Virus record (IMG/VR): IMGVR_UViG_3300035698_029580
Length of the DNA stretch: 64,000 nucleotides
Source of the DNA: a virus
Taxonomy: Duplodnaviria; Caudoviricetes
Reading direction: 5' to 3' (one strand)
The position numbers and the translations under genes were made by a program. Below are positions 48,281 through 57,379 of this stretch, piece after piece; within the stretch, counting starts at the first letter, position 1; every line of letters begins with the position of its first letter. The notes under the pieces are model-generated. The model searched no databases, was not told where the DNA came from, and worked only from the letters and a program-made list of their open reading frames with translations.

Positions 48281-49201
48281 ATGAAATCATTTAACCTAAA
48301 TAAGCAGGCAAAAAACGACTATATTTCAACTGAAAAGATGTTAAATCAGTATAATCAAGATAAGAAGAACAAGTCTCCTGATACTATCACAGATATGACA
48401 TTGGGAGAAAATGGTAGAAAAGATGCTGACAATACAGTGCCATTAGACACTCAGCTTTCTGCAGTTATGCCCTCTGTAAAACAAGATACTATAGTAGAAT
48501 CTAGATTAGATAAAGAAGGCAAAGATGGTAAGGGCATGAATGATAAGAGATTAGATTTATGGGATACAAATATTAGTACATATGCATTATTGTCAGAATC
48601 TTATGATCAAAAAAAATTACGTGCTTTTAATGATGCTAACAAAGAAAAAAGAGACACAAGTTTTTGGGACAAATATGTTGGTCAACAAATGGAGGGGAAA
48701 GAAACAACAATAGTTAGTGATTTACAACGTAGTCAGCTAGAAAATGATCCAGAACGATTTAAAAAGATGTCTGTAAAAGGAAATATGGTTGAAAATGTTA
48801 AAAAATTCATCACGAAACAAGATTTAGAAAAGATGGTTTCTGCTTCTATAAAGGATGCTGATAGTATGTTATTTCATATTTATGCTAATTCTTTTTCAGA
48901 GGGCAGAGAATTGAATGATAAAGAAAAACAAATAGTTAGAGATATAAATGCTGGCAAATTAAGAAAATTTTGTCAAAAATCTAGTTGGATGGATGTGTCT
49001 AGTTTATCTTTTGATGATATGGCAGGGGGAAAACTTCCTCAAGAAGAACCGTGGCAAGAAACACCTAGAGAATATGATGATATTACAATAAAACAAGAAA
49101 ATGGAAAAGCTGTAGTTTATGAAGAAAATATTCCTATAGATAACTATGCGTCAGTAAGAGAAGCTAAGGACAATTATCCCGAAGCTAAGATTGTTCAATA
49201 A
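48281..49201 (+). CDS. putative virion protein
   Basis: Behind promoter motif at 48212; starts MKSFNLNKQAK. Confidence 0.6.
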   Translation: MKSFNLNKQAKNDYISTEKMLNQYNQDKKNKSPDTITDMTLGENGRKDADNTVPLDTQLSAVMPSVKQDTIVESRLDKEGKDGKGMNDKRLDLWDTNISTYALLSESYDQKKLRAFNDANKEKRDTSFWDKYVGQQMEGKETTIVSDLQRSQLENDPERFKKMSVKGNMVENVKKFITKQDLEKMVSASIKDADSMLFHIYANSFSEGRELNDKEKQIVRDINAGKLRKFCQKSSWMDVSSLSFDDMAGGKLPQEEPWQETPREYDDITIKQENGKAVVYEENIPIDNYASVREAKDNYPEAKIVQ

Positions 49202-49214
49202 ATAATTGGTACAA

Positions 49215-49643
49215 ATGAGTAATTGGTATAAAATTAGTGCTCTTAGTCATCTTTCTAGATGGTATGTTCAAATACAAGCTAATATCTGGGTCCCACCACA
49301 AGAAACTGAAGAACAAACAATAAAATTGGCTAGAGAAGCTCTCAAAAATCATCTTCCTCAAAATGGAGATGCCAGTAGTAGGTCTGGTATAGATTCGTTT
49401 GTTAGATATACTATACAAGAGGTTAAACCATTTGGTGGTAGAAAGTCCTACGGTCGTGTTCGTTATTTAGGAGTGATTACAGCAGATGTGTGGGTCCCTC
49501 CTCAGGAAAATAAAGAAGAAGAATATTCTACAGCATATCGAGTTGTGATAAATCATTTAGATAATAATGATGATGCTGGAGCCAGACTAGGAATAGATGC
49601 TAGCGTAAATTATATAATTACGGAATTGGAACTATACAGGTGA
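49215..49643 (+). CDS. NWYK-leader protein with tandem duplicated domain
   Basis: MSNWYKISA; two A.(I/V)WVPPQE...NHL..N.DA..R.GID..V.Y.I units. Confidence 0.75.
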   Translation: MSNWYKISALSHLSRWYVQIQANIWVPPQETEEQTIKLAREALKNHLPQNGDASSRSGIDSFVRYTIQEVKPFGGRKSYGRVRYLGVITADVWVPPQENKEEEYSTAYRVVINHLDNNDDAGARLGIDASVNYIITELELYR

Positions 49644-50104
49644 ACTGGTATAAAAAAAAATTAGCTCATAGAGGTAATTTTCCCAAAGCATGGGATATTG
49701 ATAATATGCTACAGGTTCGTCAAGATCCTTATGCTTGGTATAAAGATAAATTAACGATGCCATCAGATGAAAATATTAGTGGTGGATTAGGAACAAGAGC
49801 TAGAGGCGGAGATTGGCCAGAAGATATCAGTGCTAATAAAGATATGTATGATCAACAACGAAAAATGGATATTCCTGGAGAAGAAGTTATAATGGATTTA
49901 CCTCATTGGGAAGGTATTCCTCCAGGTGCATTAGCAGATCCTGTAGACGCAATTAGTTTAAATAGAAAAACAATGGATGAGTTGTCTAGTCCTTCTCCAC
50001 CCGTTGGTCCTTATAATCTACAGTCTGGTCGTAGAAAAAGACATTATCCTAGAAGGTTGAATAAGGATACTTTTGATTATATTGCAGTTAATCAAAAGAG
50101 TTAA
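49640..50104 (+). CDS. NWYK-leader protein
   Basis: GTG start, NWYKKKLA. Confidence 0.75.
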   Translation: MNWYKKKLAHRGNFPKAWDIDNMLQVRQDPYAWYKDKLTMPSDENISGGLGTRARGGDWPEDISANKDMYDQQRKMDIPGEEVIMDLPHWEGIPPGALADPVDAISLNRKTMDELSSPSPPVGPYNLQSGRRKRHYPRRLNKDTFDYIAVNQKS

Positions 50105-50184
50105 TTTTCTACTAAATTCTCATTTTCTTCAACTTTTTAGCTATTTTCTTTCGATATAAAATTAAATAGTCTTATAAGGAGAAA

Positions 50185-51045
50185 ATGATGATTTTACGTG
50201 TGAATAAAAATTTAAAGGGTGAAATAGTTCTACCTACATTTAACCATTCTTTGAAGGCAAATGCAACAATAACTGTATCAGACGAACAATTGTCTAATCC
50301 AGACATACAGATGGCTATTAACAGAGGTTATCTTATTGCTGGCAAAAAAACAGAAAAAACAACACCTAATAAAAAAGTTAAATTAATTAATTGTTCTTCT
50401 AAAACGGTTACGATTGACAGCATTATTTTAACTCCTAATGCTGTTTTTTATGTAGACGAAAACAACATGGAAGATCCAAAATTGCAAACTGCTTTATCTG
50501 CTAATCTTATCAAAAGAGCAAAAGTAAAAGAAAAAGTCAAAAAAACTGTTGCTACGAAGAAAAATAATTCTAAAAAAGAAGCATTTCTTCCAGAAAAAAT
50601 ATTAAAAGAACATGAAACTACTCCTCAATCATATAATCTTCGTTCTAAAAAAACTATGACAAATAAAGATGCTCATAAGAATATGTTTGGTAAAGAACCT
50701 CAAGTTTTAGAAACGAAATTTATCGATGAAGATGAAGAAAAGGTGGAAAAGAAAGAAATAAAATTAAAAACACGTAAAAAACGCAGAAAATCAATTTCTT
50801 CTAAAAAAACTACAAAAAAAAGAACTAAAAAAAAGACAAAAAAAAGGGCTGCTATTGAGCCAGTTGGAACCAGAAGAATACCTGTAAGTTCAGATGATGA
50901 TTTGACAATATCGTTAAATAGTAATGGCCAACCCCTTAATGAAACACAGGGATTAGGCAATGATATAAGTTTTGTTGATAATGAACAAAAAATAGAACGT
51001 ATGAAAAAATCAGGTAAATTGCCAAACAACTCAGAAGTAAAATAA
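50185..51045 (+). CDS. Lys-rich hypothetical protein
   Basis: Two small N-terminal repeats, basic tail. Confidence 0.65.
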   Translation: MMILRVNKNLKGEIVLPTFNHSLKANATITVSDEQLSNPDIQMAINRGYLIAGKKTEKTTPNKKVKLINCSSKTVTIDSIILTPNAVFYVDENNMEDPKLQTALSANLIKRAKVKEKVKKTVATKKNNSKKEAFLPEKILKEHETTPQSYNLRSKKTMTNKDAHKNMFGKEPQVLETKFIDEDEEKVEKKEIKLKTRKKRRKSISSKKTTKKRTKKKTKKRAAIEPVGTRRIPVSSDDDLTISLNSNGQPLNETQGLGNDISFVDNEQKIERMKKSGKLPNNSEVK

Positions 51046-51078
51046 AAGGTTTTTTCATCTTTTTTAGTATTTAAATTC

Positions 51079-51873
51079 ATGGAAAATCAATCAAGAGAAA
51101 TACTGAATAAGGAACTCTGTCGATATGGAATAAAAATAATTGGCGGAGGAAAATGTCAATTTCACGACGTAGAAGGAAAACTCTATGTTCACAGAATAAG
51201 TGGATTAATTAATAGAATACAAAAAGCAATTGATCACAATATATATCTATTTTCCTCTTTGTGGAAAAAAGTAGACAAAATAATTACTTCAGAATTAGAT
51301 ATGAAAAATGAAGATAAATGTTATGACACTAAGCTTAATCAACTTTTTACATGTAGTCTTAAAGATCTTTACAAATTGTTATTTTGTTTTGAGGAATATG
51401 ATAGCACAGACATAGCCCGTCATTTATCAATTGCTCTCAATAGCGATATTAATTCTTTTTCTTTAAAACAAATAGAACAAATACCATCTCTTAAAATGTG
51501 TTTAGATTGGATTCATAGACTAATCCATCGTTTAATGTACGTAAAAAAAATGCTCATAGTTTCTGGGACAAAAAAAGAAACTAGTTCTCAATATGCAATT
51601 AAAATAGCAAGAGGTGTCAGTGGTCCATGGGCTAATCTTGATGTTCCTCTGGGGGAAAGAATGTACCCATATGAAGGTGATGAATTGAGAGGTAGAGATA
51701 TAGATAAAAGAAATCAAAGACGTTATAAAGCTGGATTAGACAATTATAATGGAGATGGTCGAGTAAATGAAGGTCATTATTGGAGGGAAATTCGTAACGA
51801 ACCCTTTAGTTGGTATGATTTAGAGACACAATCTCCTTATCCACATAGAAACACTCTTATTTATTGGGGCTAA
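51079..51873 (+). CDS. hypothetical protein
   Basis: 264-aa ORF. Confidence 0.65.
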   Translation: MENQSREILNKELCRYGIKIIGGGKCQFHDVEGKLYVHRISGLINRIQKAIDHNIYLFSSLWKKVDKIITSELDMKNEDKCYDTKLNQLFTCSLKDLYKLLFCFEEYDSTDIARHLSIALNSDINSFSLKQIEQIPSLKMCLDWIHRLIHRLMYVKKMLIVSGTKKETSSQYAIKIARGVSGPWANLDVPLGERMYPYEGDELRGRDIDKRNQRRYKAGLDNYNGDGRVNEGHYWREIRNEPFSWYDLETQSPYPHRNTLIYWG

Positions 51874-51877
51874 ATAA

Positions 51878-52129
51878 ATGAAAATAATAATTTCTGAAAA
51901 TGTTAAAAATAAAATAATAGAAGAATTATCGGATTTAGAGCATGAACAGTGGGTATATTGGTCTAAAGATATATCTAAAAAAGAAGATATTTCTCAAGAC
52001 AGAAAAAATAGGTGGAAGAAACATTGGGTAGATTATGACAAATTAGATAATGAAGTAAAAGAAGAAGATAGAAAATGGGCTCGAAAAGTAATGAAAATTA
52101 TAAAAAAATATTATAGATTGAAAGATTAA
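51878..52129 (+). CDS. RyR-domain-like small protein
   Basis: EELSDLEHEQW...YDKLDNEVKEEDR. Confidence 0.6.
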   Translation: MKIIISENVKNKIIEELSDLEHEQWVYWSKDISKKEDISQDRKNRWKKHWVDYDKLDNEVKEEDRKWARKVMKIIKKYYRLKD

Positions 52130-52131
52130 GA

Positions 52132-52554
52132 ATGAAGTTAACTCAACATAAAATTGGCAAATCAATATTTGATTCTTTAATAGATTTTCTACCTGATATG
52201 CAAATATCTCGTCACAAAGATTTTATCAATCCAATTGCAGCAGCAAATCTATTTAGAATATGGAGAAATTCCCCAAATAAAGTTGGGAAAAAGACTTACG
52301 AACGACCCCCAACAATGGGAGCAAATGATTTAGAAGATATGGAAAAGTCAGGTTTAATAAAAATAATTGGTAGTAATATTGAAATTACTAAAAAAGGAGA
52401 AGAGGTTATAAAAGTTATGATATTAGGTGATGATCGTTCAGCATATGAAGAAGATGGAATTATTGTGGATTATAATACTTCTCTTAAAAATATAAAAAGT
52501 GTAAAAACAGCTAAAAAGAAAAGTAATTCGTGGTGGGATCGGTTTTCCAAATAA
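52132..52554 (+). CDS. hypothetical protein (winged-helix-like)
   Basis: MEKSGLIK....IEITKKG. Confidence 0.55.
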   Translation: MKLTQHKIGKSIFDSLIDFLPDMQISRHKDFINPIAAANLFRIWRNSPNKVGKKTYERPPTMGANDLEDMEKSGLIKIIGSNIEITKKGEEVIKVMILGDDRSAYEEDGIIVDYNTSLKNIKSVKTAKKKSNSWWDRFSK

Positions 52555-52557
52555 ACT

Positions 52558-52941
52558 ATGGCACTTGTATCAGTAAACATTCCAGCTGTAAAAATAACTG
52601 AAAAAGTTAAAAAAAATAAAAACTTATGTTGGTATGATCCAGATGCTAGAAAGATGTTATATTTTAACGGAGGAAAATTATCATTTGATTATAAATATGA
52701 TGAAAAAGATGGAAAATATAAAGTGGTTCCCAAAGTAGAAGATGTAGAAATTAATAAATATGTAACTAAAAAAGACAAAGATGTTATTATAAAATGGTTC
52801 GATAGAGAATATTTGTCTACTTCTATTTCGGTTCAAGATAAACATAATAATGTTATAATTTTTGATGTTCCAAATGATGAATTAAATGATTTTTTATATT
52901 CTTTAGACAGAAAACGGTTTGAATATTTCGTGGAAAAATAA
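52558..52941 (+). CDS. hypothetical protein
   Basis: 127-aa ORF. Confidence 0.6.
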   Translation: MALVSVNIPAVKITEKVKKNKNLCWYDPDARKMLYFNGGKLSFDYKYDEKDGKYKVVPKVEDVEINKYVTKKDKDVIIKWFDREYLSTSISVQDKHNNVIIFDVPNDELNDFLYSLDRKRFEYFVEK

Positions 52942-52944
52942 AAT

Positions 52945-53388
52945 ATGAAAATAATTATTACAGCTAAAGCTAAGTTAAAAGAAGTTGAAATGTTTGGAAC
53001 TTTAAAACAAACAAAAGATGGATTTGTATATCTTGATGTTTCTAATGATATAATTGATGGTTTATTTTCTTTAATAAATTCTGATAATAAAGAAAAACCC
53101 CCTTATAATCTTAAGTCTTTTAATAGTGTAGGTGCTCATGTTTCTGTTATAGGTACTGATGAATATAATGATAATGAAATAGGTAAAATTGAGGAACTGG
53201 GAGAGGAAATCAGTTTTAAGCCAGATAAATTTTCTCAGGTAAATCCTGATGGTTGGGACGAAATGGAAAAAGTATATTTTTTAAAGGTAAAATCTCCTAG
53301 ACTTGAAGAAATACGTAAAAATTATGGATTATCTAAAAAACAAAATGGACACGAATTTCATATTACTTTTGCGGTAGAAAGAAAATGA
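52945..53388 (+). CDS. 2H phosphoesterase family protein
   Basis: Two Hx(S/T) motifs: AHVSV and FHITF. Confidence 0.75.
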   Translation: MKIIITAKAKLKEVEMFGTLKQTKDGFVYLDVSNDIIDGLFSLINSDNKEKPPYNLKSFNSVGAHVSVIGTDEYNDNEIGKIEELGEEISFKPDKFSQVNPDGWDEMEKVYFLKVKSPRLEEIRKNYGLSKKQNGHEFHITFAVERK

Positions 53389-53747
53389 TTAAATTAAAGG
53401 CTGAAATAGCACAAACTCCAGAGGAACTTGCCAGAGGTTTAATGTTTCGCAAAACATTAGCTGATGACAGTGGTATGTTATTTGTTTTTAGCAGGTCTGG
53501 AAAACATCGTTTCTGGGGCAAAAACACTTATTTACCACTTGATGTTGCTTTTGTTGATGAAAATGACACTATAGTAAAAATATCTCATATTTCTCCTTTT
53601 AATGATAATCCTGTTATGAGTGAAAAGGATTGTCAAATGGTAATAGAAGCTAATTATGGATATTTTTCAAAAAATCACATCAAAGAAGGACAATCCATAT
53701 CTGTAGAAAGAATAAATGATGATATTGTTCATGTTTTATTTTCTTGA
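53385..53747 (+). CDS. DUF192 family protein
   Basis: ELARGLMFR...GMLFVF...FWGKNTYLPLDVAFV. Confidence 0.85.
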   Translation: MIKLKAEIAQTPEELARGLMFRKTLADDSGMLFVFSRSGKHRFWGKNTYLPLDVAFVDENDTIVKISHISPFNDNPVMSEKDCQMVIEANYGYFSKNHIKEGQSISVERINDDIVHVLFS

Positions 53748-53819
53748 AATAATACAATATATCTGGCTTGAAAAACGTTACTCAATATGTATTCCTATAT
53801 TGTTTAAAGGAGAAAAAGA

Positions 53820-54242
53820 ATGAAAAAATTTGTAAAATTACTAGGAATTGCCTTGTTATCAACATTGATGACTTCTTCTGTTTCTGCTGAAAGGCCACAA
53901 AGAGGTACAAGAAGGCATTATATAATGCAGAGAGGTAGAGGATTAGGCAGAGGCAGAGGCAGAGTTTTAAGTGTTGGTAGAGGTATAAATAGAAATACTG
54001 GTCCTTGTCAGAATAATGGTCCTGGGTATGGGCACGGGCAACGCAGAGGTAGAGGATTAGGAAGAGGTAGGGAATTGGGATTGGAATTAAGTAGAAGCAG
54101 GAGATTAGGATTAGGACTAGGATATGGTAGAGGTAGAGGACTAGGATATGGTAGAGGTAGAGGGCTAGGATATGGTAGAGGTAGAGGGCTAGGATATGGT
54201 AGAGGATATGGTAGAGGATTAGGATTAGGTAGAGAAAAATGA
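53820..54242 (+). CDS. secreted Gly/Arg-rich protein
   Basis: SD AAGGAG, signal peptide, GRGRGLGY repeats. Confidence 0.6.
   Translation: MKKFVKLLGIALLSTLMTSSVSAERPQRGTRRHYIMQRGRGLGRGRGRVLSVGRGINRNTGPCQNNGPGYGHGQRRGRGLGRGRELGLELSRSRRLGLGLGYGRGRGLGYGRGRGLGYGRGRGLGYGRGYGRGLGLGREK
54113..54215 (+). repeat. 24-bp tandem repeat GG(A/G)CTAGGATATGGTAGAGGTAGA, ~4 copies
   Basis: Visible directly; encodes GLGYGRGR. Confidence 0.8.
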
Positions 54243-54607
54243 GAAAATTAATAGGAATTAGTTTATTATTGGTTTTAATGGTATTTTCTTTTGGGTGTAA
54301 ACAGGCTGAAGGAAATAGATATACATATAGAAGAATAAGATATGCCCCATACAGGGGCATGAGATATATGTCATATAGAATAACAAGAGGAAGAGGAAGA
54401 GGAAGAATAATAACAAGAGGAAGAGCAATAAGGGAAAGAAGAATAAGACAGATAATAAAACAAAGAAGACCACAAATAATAGAACAAAAAAATAGACCAA
54501 GAAATAGACGTATAATAGAGAGAAGAGAACAGAGAAACATTCAAAGAGAACAGAGAAATACTCAAAGAGAACAGAAAAATAGAGGTAGAGGTCGTCGAAA
54601 TAGATAG
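54239..54607 (+). CDS. Arg-rich putative lipoprotein
   Basis: Lipobox SFG-C, then protamine-like R-rich chain; ATGA coupling to previous gene. Confidence 0.6.
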   Translation: MRKLIGISLLLVLMVFSFGCKQAEGNRYTYRRIRYAPYRGMRYMSYRITRGRGRGRIITRGRAIRERRIRQIIKQRRPQIIEQKNRPRNRRIIERREQRNIQREQRNTQREQKNRGRGRRNR

Positions 54608-54730
54608 CAATTTTAAAAAAATTAACATTCCACAATCAATTTAACAGTTCAAGTGTCTCATCATTTTTTCTTGTCATGTCGATATTTCTTTAGACATGAA
54701 CAAATTGCAACTAATTAAAGGAGATTTTTT

Positions 54731-55102
54731 ATGCAATTCACTGTTGGAGAGTTATACGCAATGCAACAAATTATTTACAAATTAACTATGAAGGAAATGC
54801 CTATTAGAACAGCATACAAACTTAGTAAGTTTGTAAAAAAAATGGGTGACGATTTACGCACTTTTGATGAGCAAAGAAAAAAATTAGTAGAAAAACATGG
54901 AGAAGAATATGTAGACAAAAATAATCAAAAACAAATTAAGGTTAAACAAGAAAATATGGAAGCATTCAGAAAAGAAATAGCTGAAGTCGCTGAGTTAGAG
55001 GTAGAGATAGATATAGAACCTATAAAAATTTCCGAGTTAGGTGCTGATATCCAGGTATCTCCTGGAGATCTTGCTTTACTGGACAAAATTATCAAGGAAT
55101 AA
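54731..55102 (+). CDS. DUF1617-like phage protein
   Basis: PIRTAYKLSK...FDEQRKKLVEKHG. Confidence 0.55.
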   Translation: MQFTVGELYAMQQIIYKLTMKEMPIRTAYKLSKFVKKMGDDLRTFDEQRKKLVEKHGEEYVDKNNQKQIKVKQENMEAFRKEIAEVAELEVEIDIEPIKISELGADIQVSPGDLALLDKIIKE

Positions 55103-55104
55103 AA

Positions 55105-55593
55105 ATGAAAACAGAAGTTATGGCATTAAATACTACAGGCAAAACACTTATAGTTGTTACTGACAATAATTACACAACTACTATTAATCCTGATAGTTTT
55201 GTGGATATTAATGTGGAAGGTTTGAAGGGTTCAAGTAAAATTAAATATATGCTCGAAAAAGGATGGCTTAAAATAGTAGAAAGGGAAGAAGAACCAGAAA
55301 AAGGTGAACTTGGATTGGAAGAACTACATGAAGCATATGGTAAAGAATCTTTTGAAGAGCAAATAGAAAATCTATATTTTCCTGAAGAAGATGAAAATGA
55401 AGATTTTACAAACGAAAACGATTGGGAAAAAGTACGAGACATTATAAAAAATGAAGTAGAAAATGGTTTGTCTTCATTAAAATTGCAAATAAATAAACAA
55501 GAAGACCAAATTGATCTTATGCAAAATCAGGTAGAGGCTTTAACAAGTTATATAAGCTGTCTGAGAAAATTCCATCGCTCGTTTTGGAGATGA
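55105..55593 (+). CDS. hypothetical protein whose 3-prime end is interrupted by the tnpB element
   Basis: Last 13 codons derive from the element left end after TTAT 55548-55551. Confidence 0.65.
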   Translation: MKTEVMALNTTGKTLIVVTDNNYTTTINPDSFVDINVEGLKGSSKIKYMLEKGWLKIVEREEEPEKGELGLEELHEAYGKESFEEQIENLYFPEEDENEDFTNENDWEKVRDIIKNEVENGLSSLKLQINKQEDQIDLMQNQVEALTSYISCLRKFHRSFWR

Positions 55594-57145
55594 ATCAGAC
55601 GTTGAATCAACCGAAGGTTGATAATTTTATAGATATTTCTTTAAAAAGTTAATATATTTTTTAATAAAAAAAGAAGGATAATTAGTTTTATTCTTTAATA
55701 TATAATTATAAGATACTTAAACTGTACACCAAAATATTTAAAAATACATTAAAGAGTAAATATCTTCTTCTTTTAGTACAGTTTAAGAATTAGGTTTTAC
55801 TCTTTTTTTATGAGAATTTAAGTGTTAATTCATAAAAGTTTTAAATTTAGACTTTATCCTACTAAAAAACAAGAGTCTCAACTCTTACAACAAGCAGGTA
55901 ACACCAGATTTCTCTGGAATAAACTGTTAGAGTCCAATCTTGAAACTTACAAAAATACTAAAAAATTCCAGTTTTCTTATGAAATGATTATGAGCATTCC
56001 TAAGATGAAAGAAAAGTTTGAGTTTCTCAAACTTTCTTTTAGTCAATCTCTTCAACAAGTAGGAAGACATTTAGATAAATCTATTAAAAACTCGTTTGCC
56101 CCCAAAATCATTAAAGAAAGAAATAAAAAGATAGTTGAAGATAAAACTCCTAAAGAAAAAATGAAGGCTTATGAGTATGGAAGACCTAAGTTTAAAAAGA
56201 AAAAACAATTTGACTCTTTTACAATTCCTCAGACGTTCAGTATTCATAGTAAGTTTGTAAAACTACCTAAAATAGGTAAAGTCAAATGGATTAAACATAG
56301 AAAAATACAAGGAAATCCTAAATTCATAACTGTTTCAAGAGATGGAAATCAATGGTATTGCTCTGTTACTTCTGAAGTTAAAATACTTGATAAACAATAT
56401 TCTCAGAGTACTGAGAATATTGTAGGAATAGATGTAGGTTTAAAAGAGTTTGCTACTCTTTCAAACAATATTGTAATTCATAATCCTAGACACTTAAATA
56501 AGAAGTTAAAGAAACTTGTAAGAGAACAAAGATGGTTAAGTAGGAAGGTTAAAGACAGTAATAATAGAAAGAAACAAATAGAAAAAGTTCAAACAATTTA
56601 TAGAAAAGTAAGAAATGATAGAAAAGATTTTCTTCATAAAACTAGTTCTGATATGATAGTCAAGTATTCAGGAGTAGTTTTAGAAGATTTGAGTGTTTCA
56701 GGTATGATGAAGAATAAAAAATTAGCTAGACATATTTCTGATGTAGGTTGGTACGAGTTTGGTAGAATGTTAGAGTATAAATCTTTATGGAACTCAAAAC
56801 ATTTCATAAAGGTTGACAAATGGTATGCAAGTAGTAAAATCTGTAATAAATGTGGTAATAAGAAAATAGATTTAACTTTAAAGGATAGAGTTTATATTTG
56901 TGAGAATTGTGGAAATGTGGTAGACAGAGATTTTAATGCAAGTGTAAATATTAGAGATGAGGGTATTAAAATGTTAAAAGAAAATATAAAAACTACCGTA
57001 GGGCATACGGGAAGTAACGCCTGTGGAGATGATAAGGTTCATGTTCTCCCCAAAGGGGAGATTCAGGTGGTCGTCAAGGAAACAGGAAAAGTTCTAACCA
57101 GTTCAATAGGTCAGAAGCCCCAAGGCTTGCCTTGGGGAGTGTCAC
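55552..57145 (+). mobile_element. IS200/IS605-family tnpB-only (IS1341-like) element
   Basis: TTAT then left end with AAAA at +15 to +18 as in the MITE; right end GAAG-hairpin-AGTGTCAC; no tnpA. Confidence 0.85.
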
Positions 57146-57162
57146 CAGTCTATTCAAATTAA
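55822..57162 (+). CDS. tnpB: RNA-guided endonuclease TnpB
   Basis: FKFRLYPT HTH, RuvC GIDVG / LEDL / DRDFNA, Zn ribbon CNKC..CENC; catalytic D-E-D intact. Confidence 0.95.
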   Translation: MLIHKSFKFRLYPTKKQESQLLQQAGNTRFLWNKLLESNLETYKNTKKFQFSYEMIMSIPKMKEKFEFLKLSFSQSLQQVGRHLDKSIKNSFAPKIIKERNKKIVEDKTPKEKMKAYEYGRPKFKKKKQFDSFTIPQTFSIHSKFVKLPKIGKVKWIKHRKIQGNPKFITVSRDGNQWYCSVTSEVKILDKQYSQSTENIVGIDVGLKEFATLSNNIVIHNPRHLNKKLKKLVREQRWLSRKVKDSNNRKKQIEKVQTIYRKVRNDRKDFLHKTSSDMIVKYSGVVLEDLSVSGMMKNKKLARHISDVGWYEFGRMLEYKSLWNSKHFIKVDKWYASSKICNKCGNKKIDLTLKDRVYICENCGNVVDRDFNASVNIRDEGIKMLKENIKTTVGHTGSNACGDDKVHVLPKGEIQVVVKETGKVLTSSIGQKPQGLPWGVSPVYSN

Positions 57163-57165
57163 ATG
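56982..57165 (+). ncRNA. TnpB omega-RNA overlapping tnpB 3-prime end; guide CAGTCTATTCAAATTAAATG
   Basis: Position at IS right end; conserved with MITE copy; ends approximate. Confidence 0.75.
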
Positions 57166-57345
57166 TCAAAATAGGAAACCTTCCCTTTTTGTGGGCGAAA
57201 AGAAAAATTTGAAAAGTTTGATAAGATTAACTATTTATTATCTCAGGTCATGAACGAATTAAAGGAATTATGTTAAAAATTAAACAATGTAAGTAATAAG
57301 AGGATTTTTATTAAAAAATTCAAAATAAATAATGTGTTTATTGGT

Positions 57346-57377
57346 GTCGCACCACGTAGGGGTGCGTGGATTGAAAT
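57346..57377 (+). CRISPR. solitary type I-C-like CRISPR repeat (no array)
   Basis: GTCGCACCACGTAGGGGTGCGTGGATTGAAAT, 32 nt, CGCACC/GGTGCG stem, ATTGAAAT tail; single copy, no cas genes in window. Confidence 0.75.
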
Positions 57378-57379
57378 AA

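Noticed and set aside
49201-49218. Extra AATTGGTACAAA (NWYK-like) just upstream of the 49215 start
   Set aside because: No start codon and followed at once by a stop; probably a small local duplication, not enough to claim a DNA-level function.
53782-54635. Hydrophobic minus-strand ORFs (252, 125 and 85 aa)
   Set aside because: Antisense shadows of purine-rich repeats; the plus-strand ORFs have SD, signal peptides and translational coupling.
57346-57377. CRISPR array
   Set aside because: Only one repeat found by eye; no spacer-repeat periodicity and no cas genes in the window.
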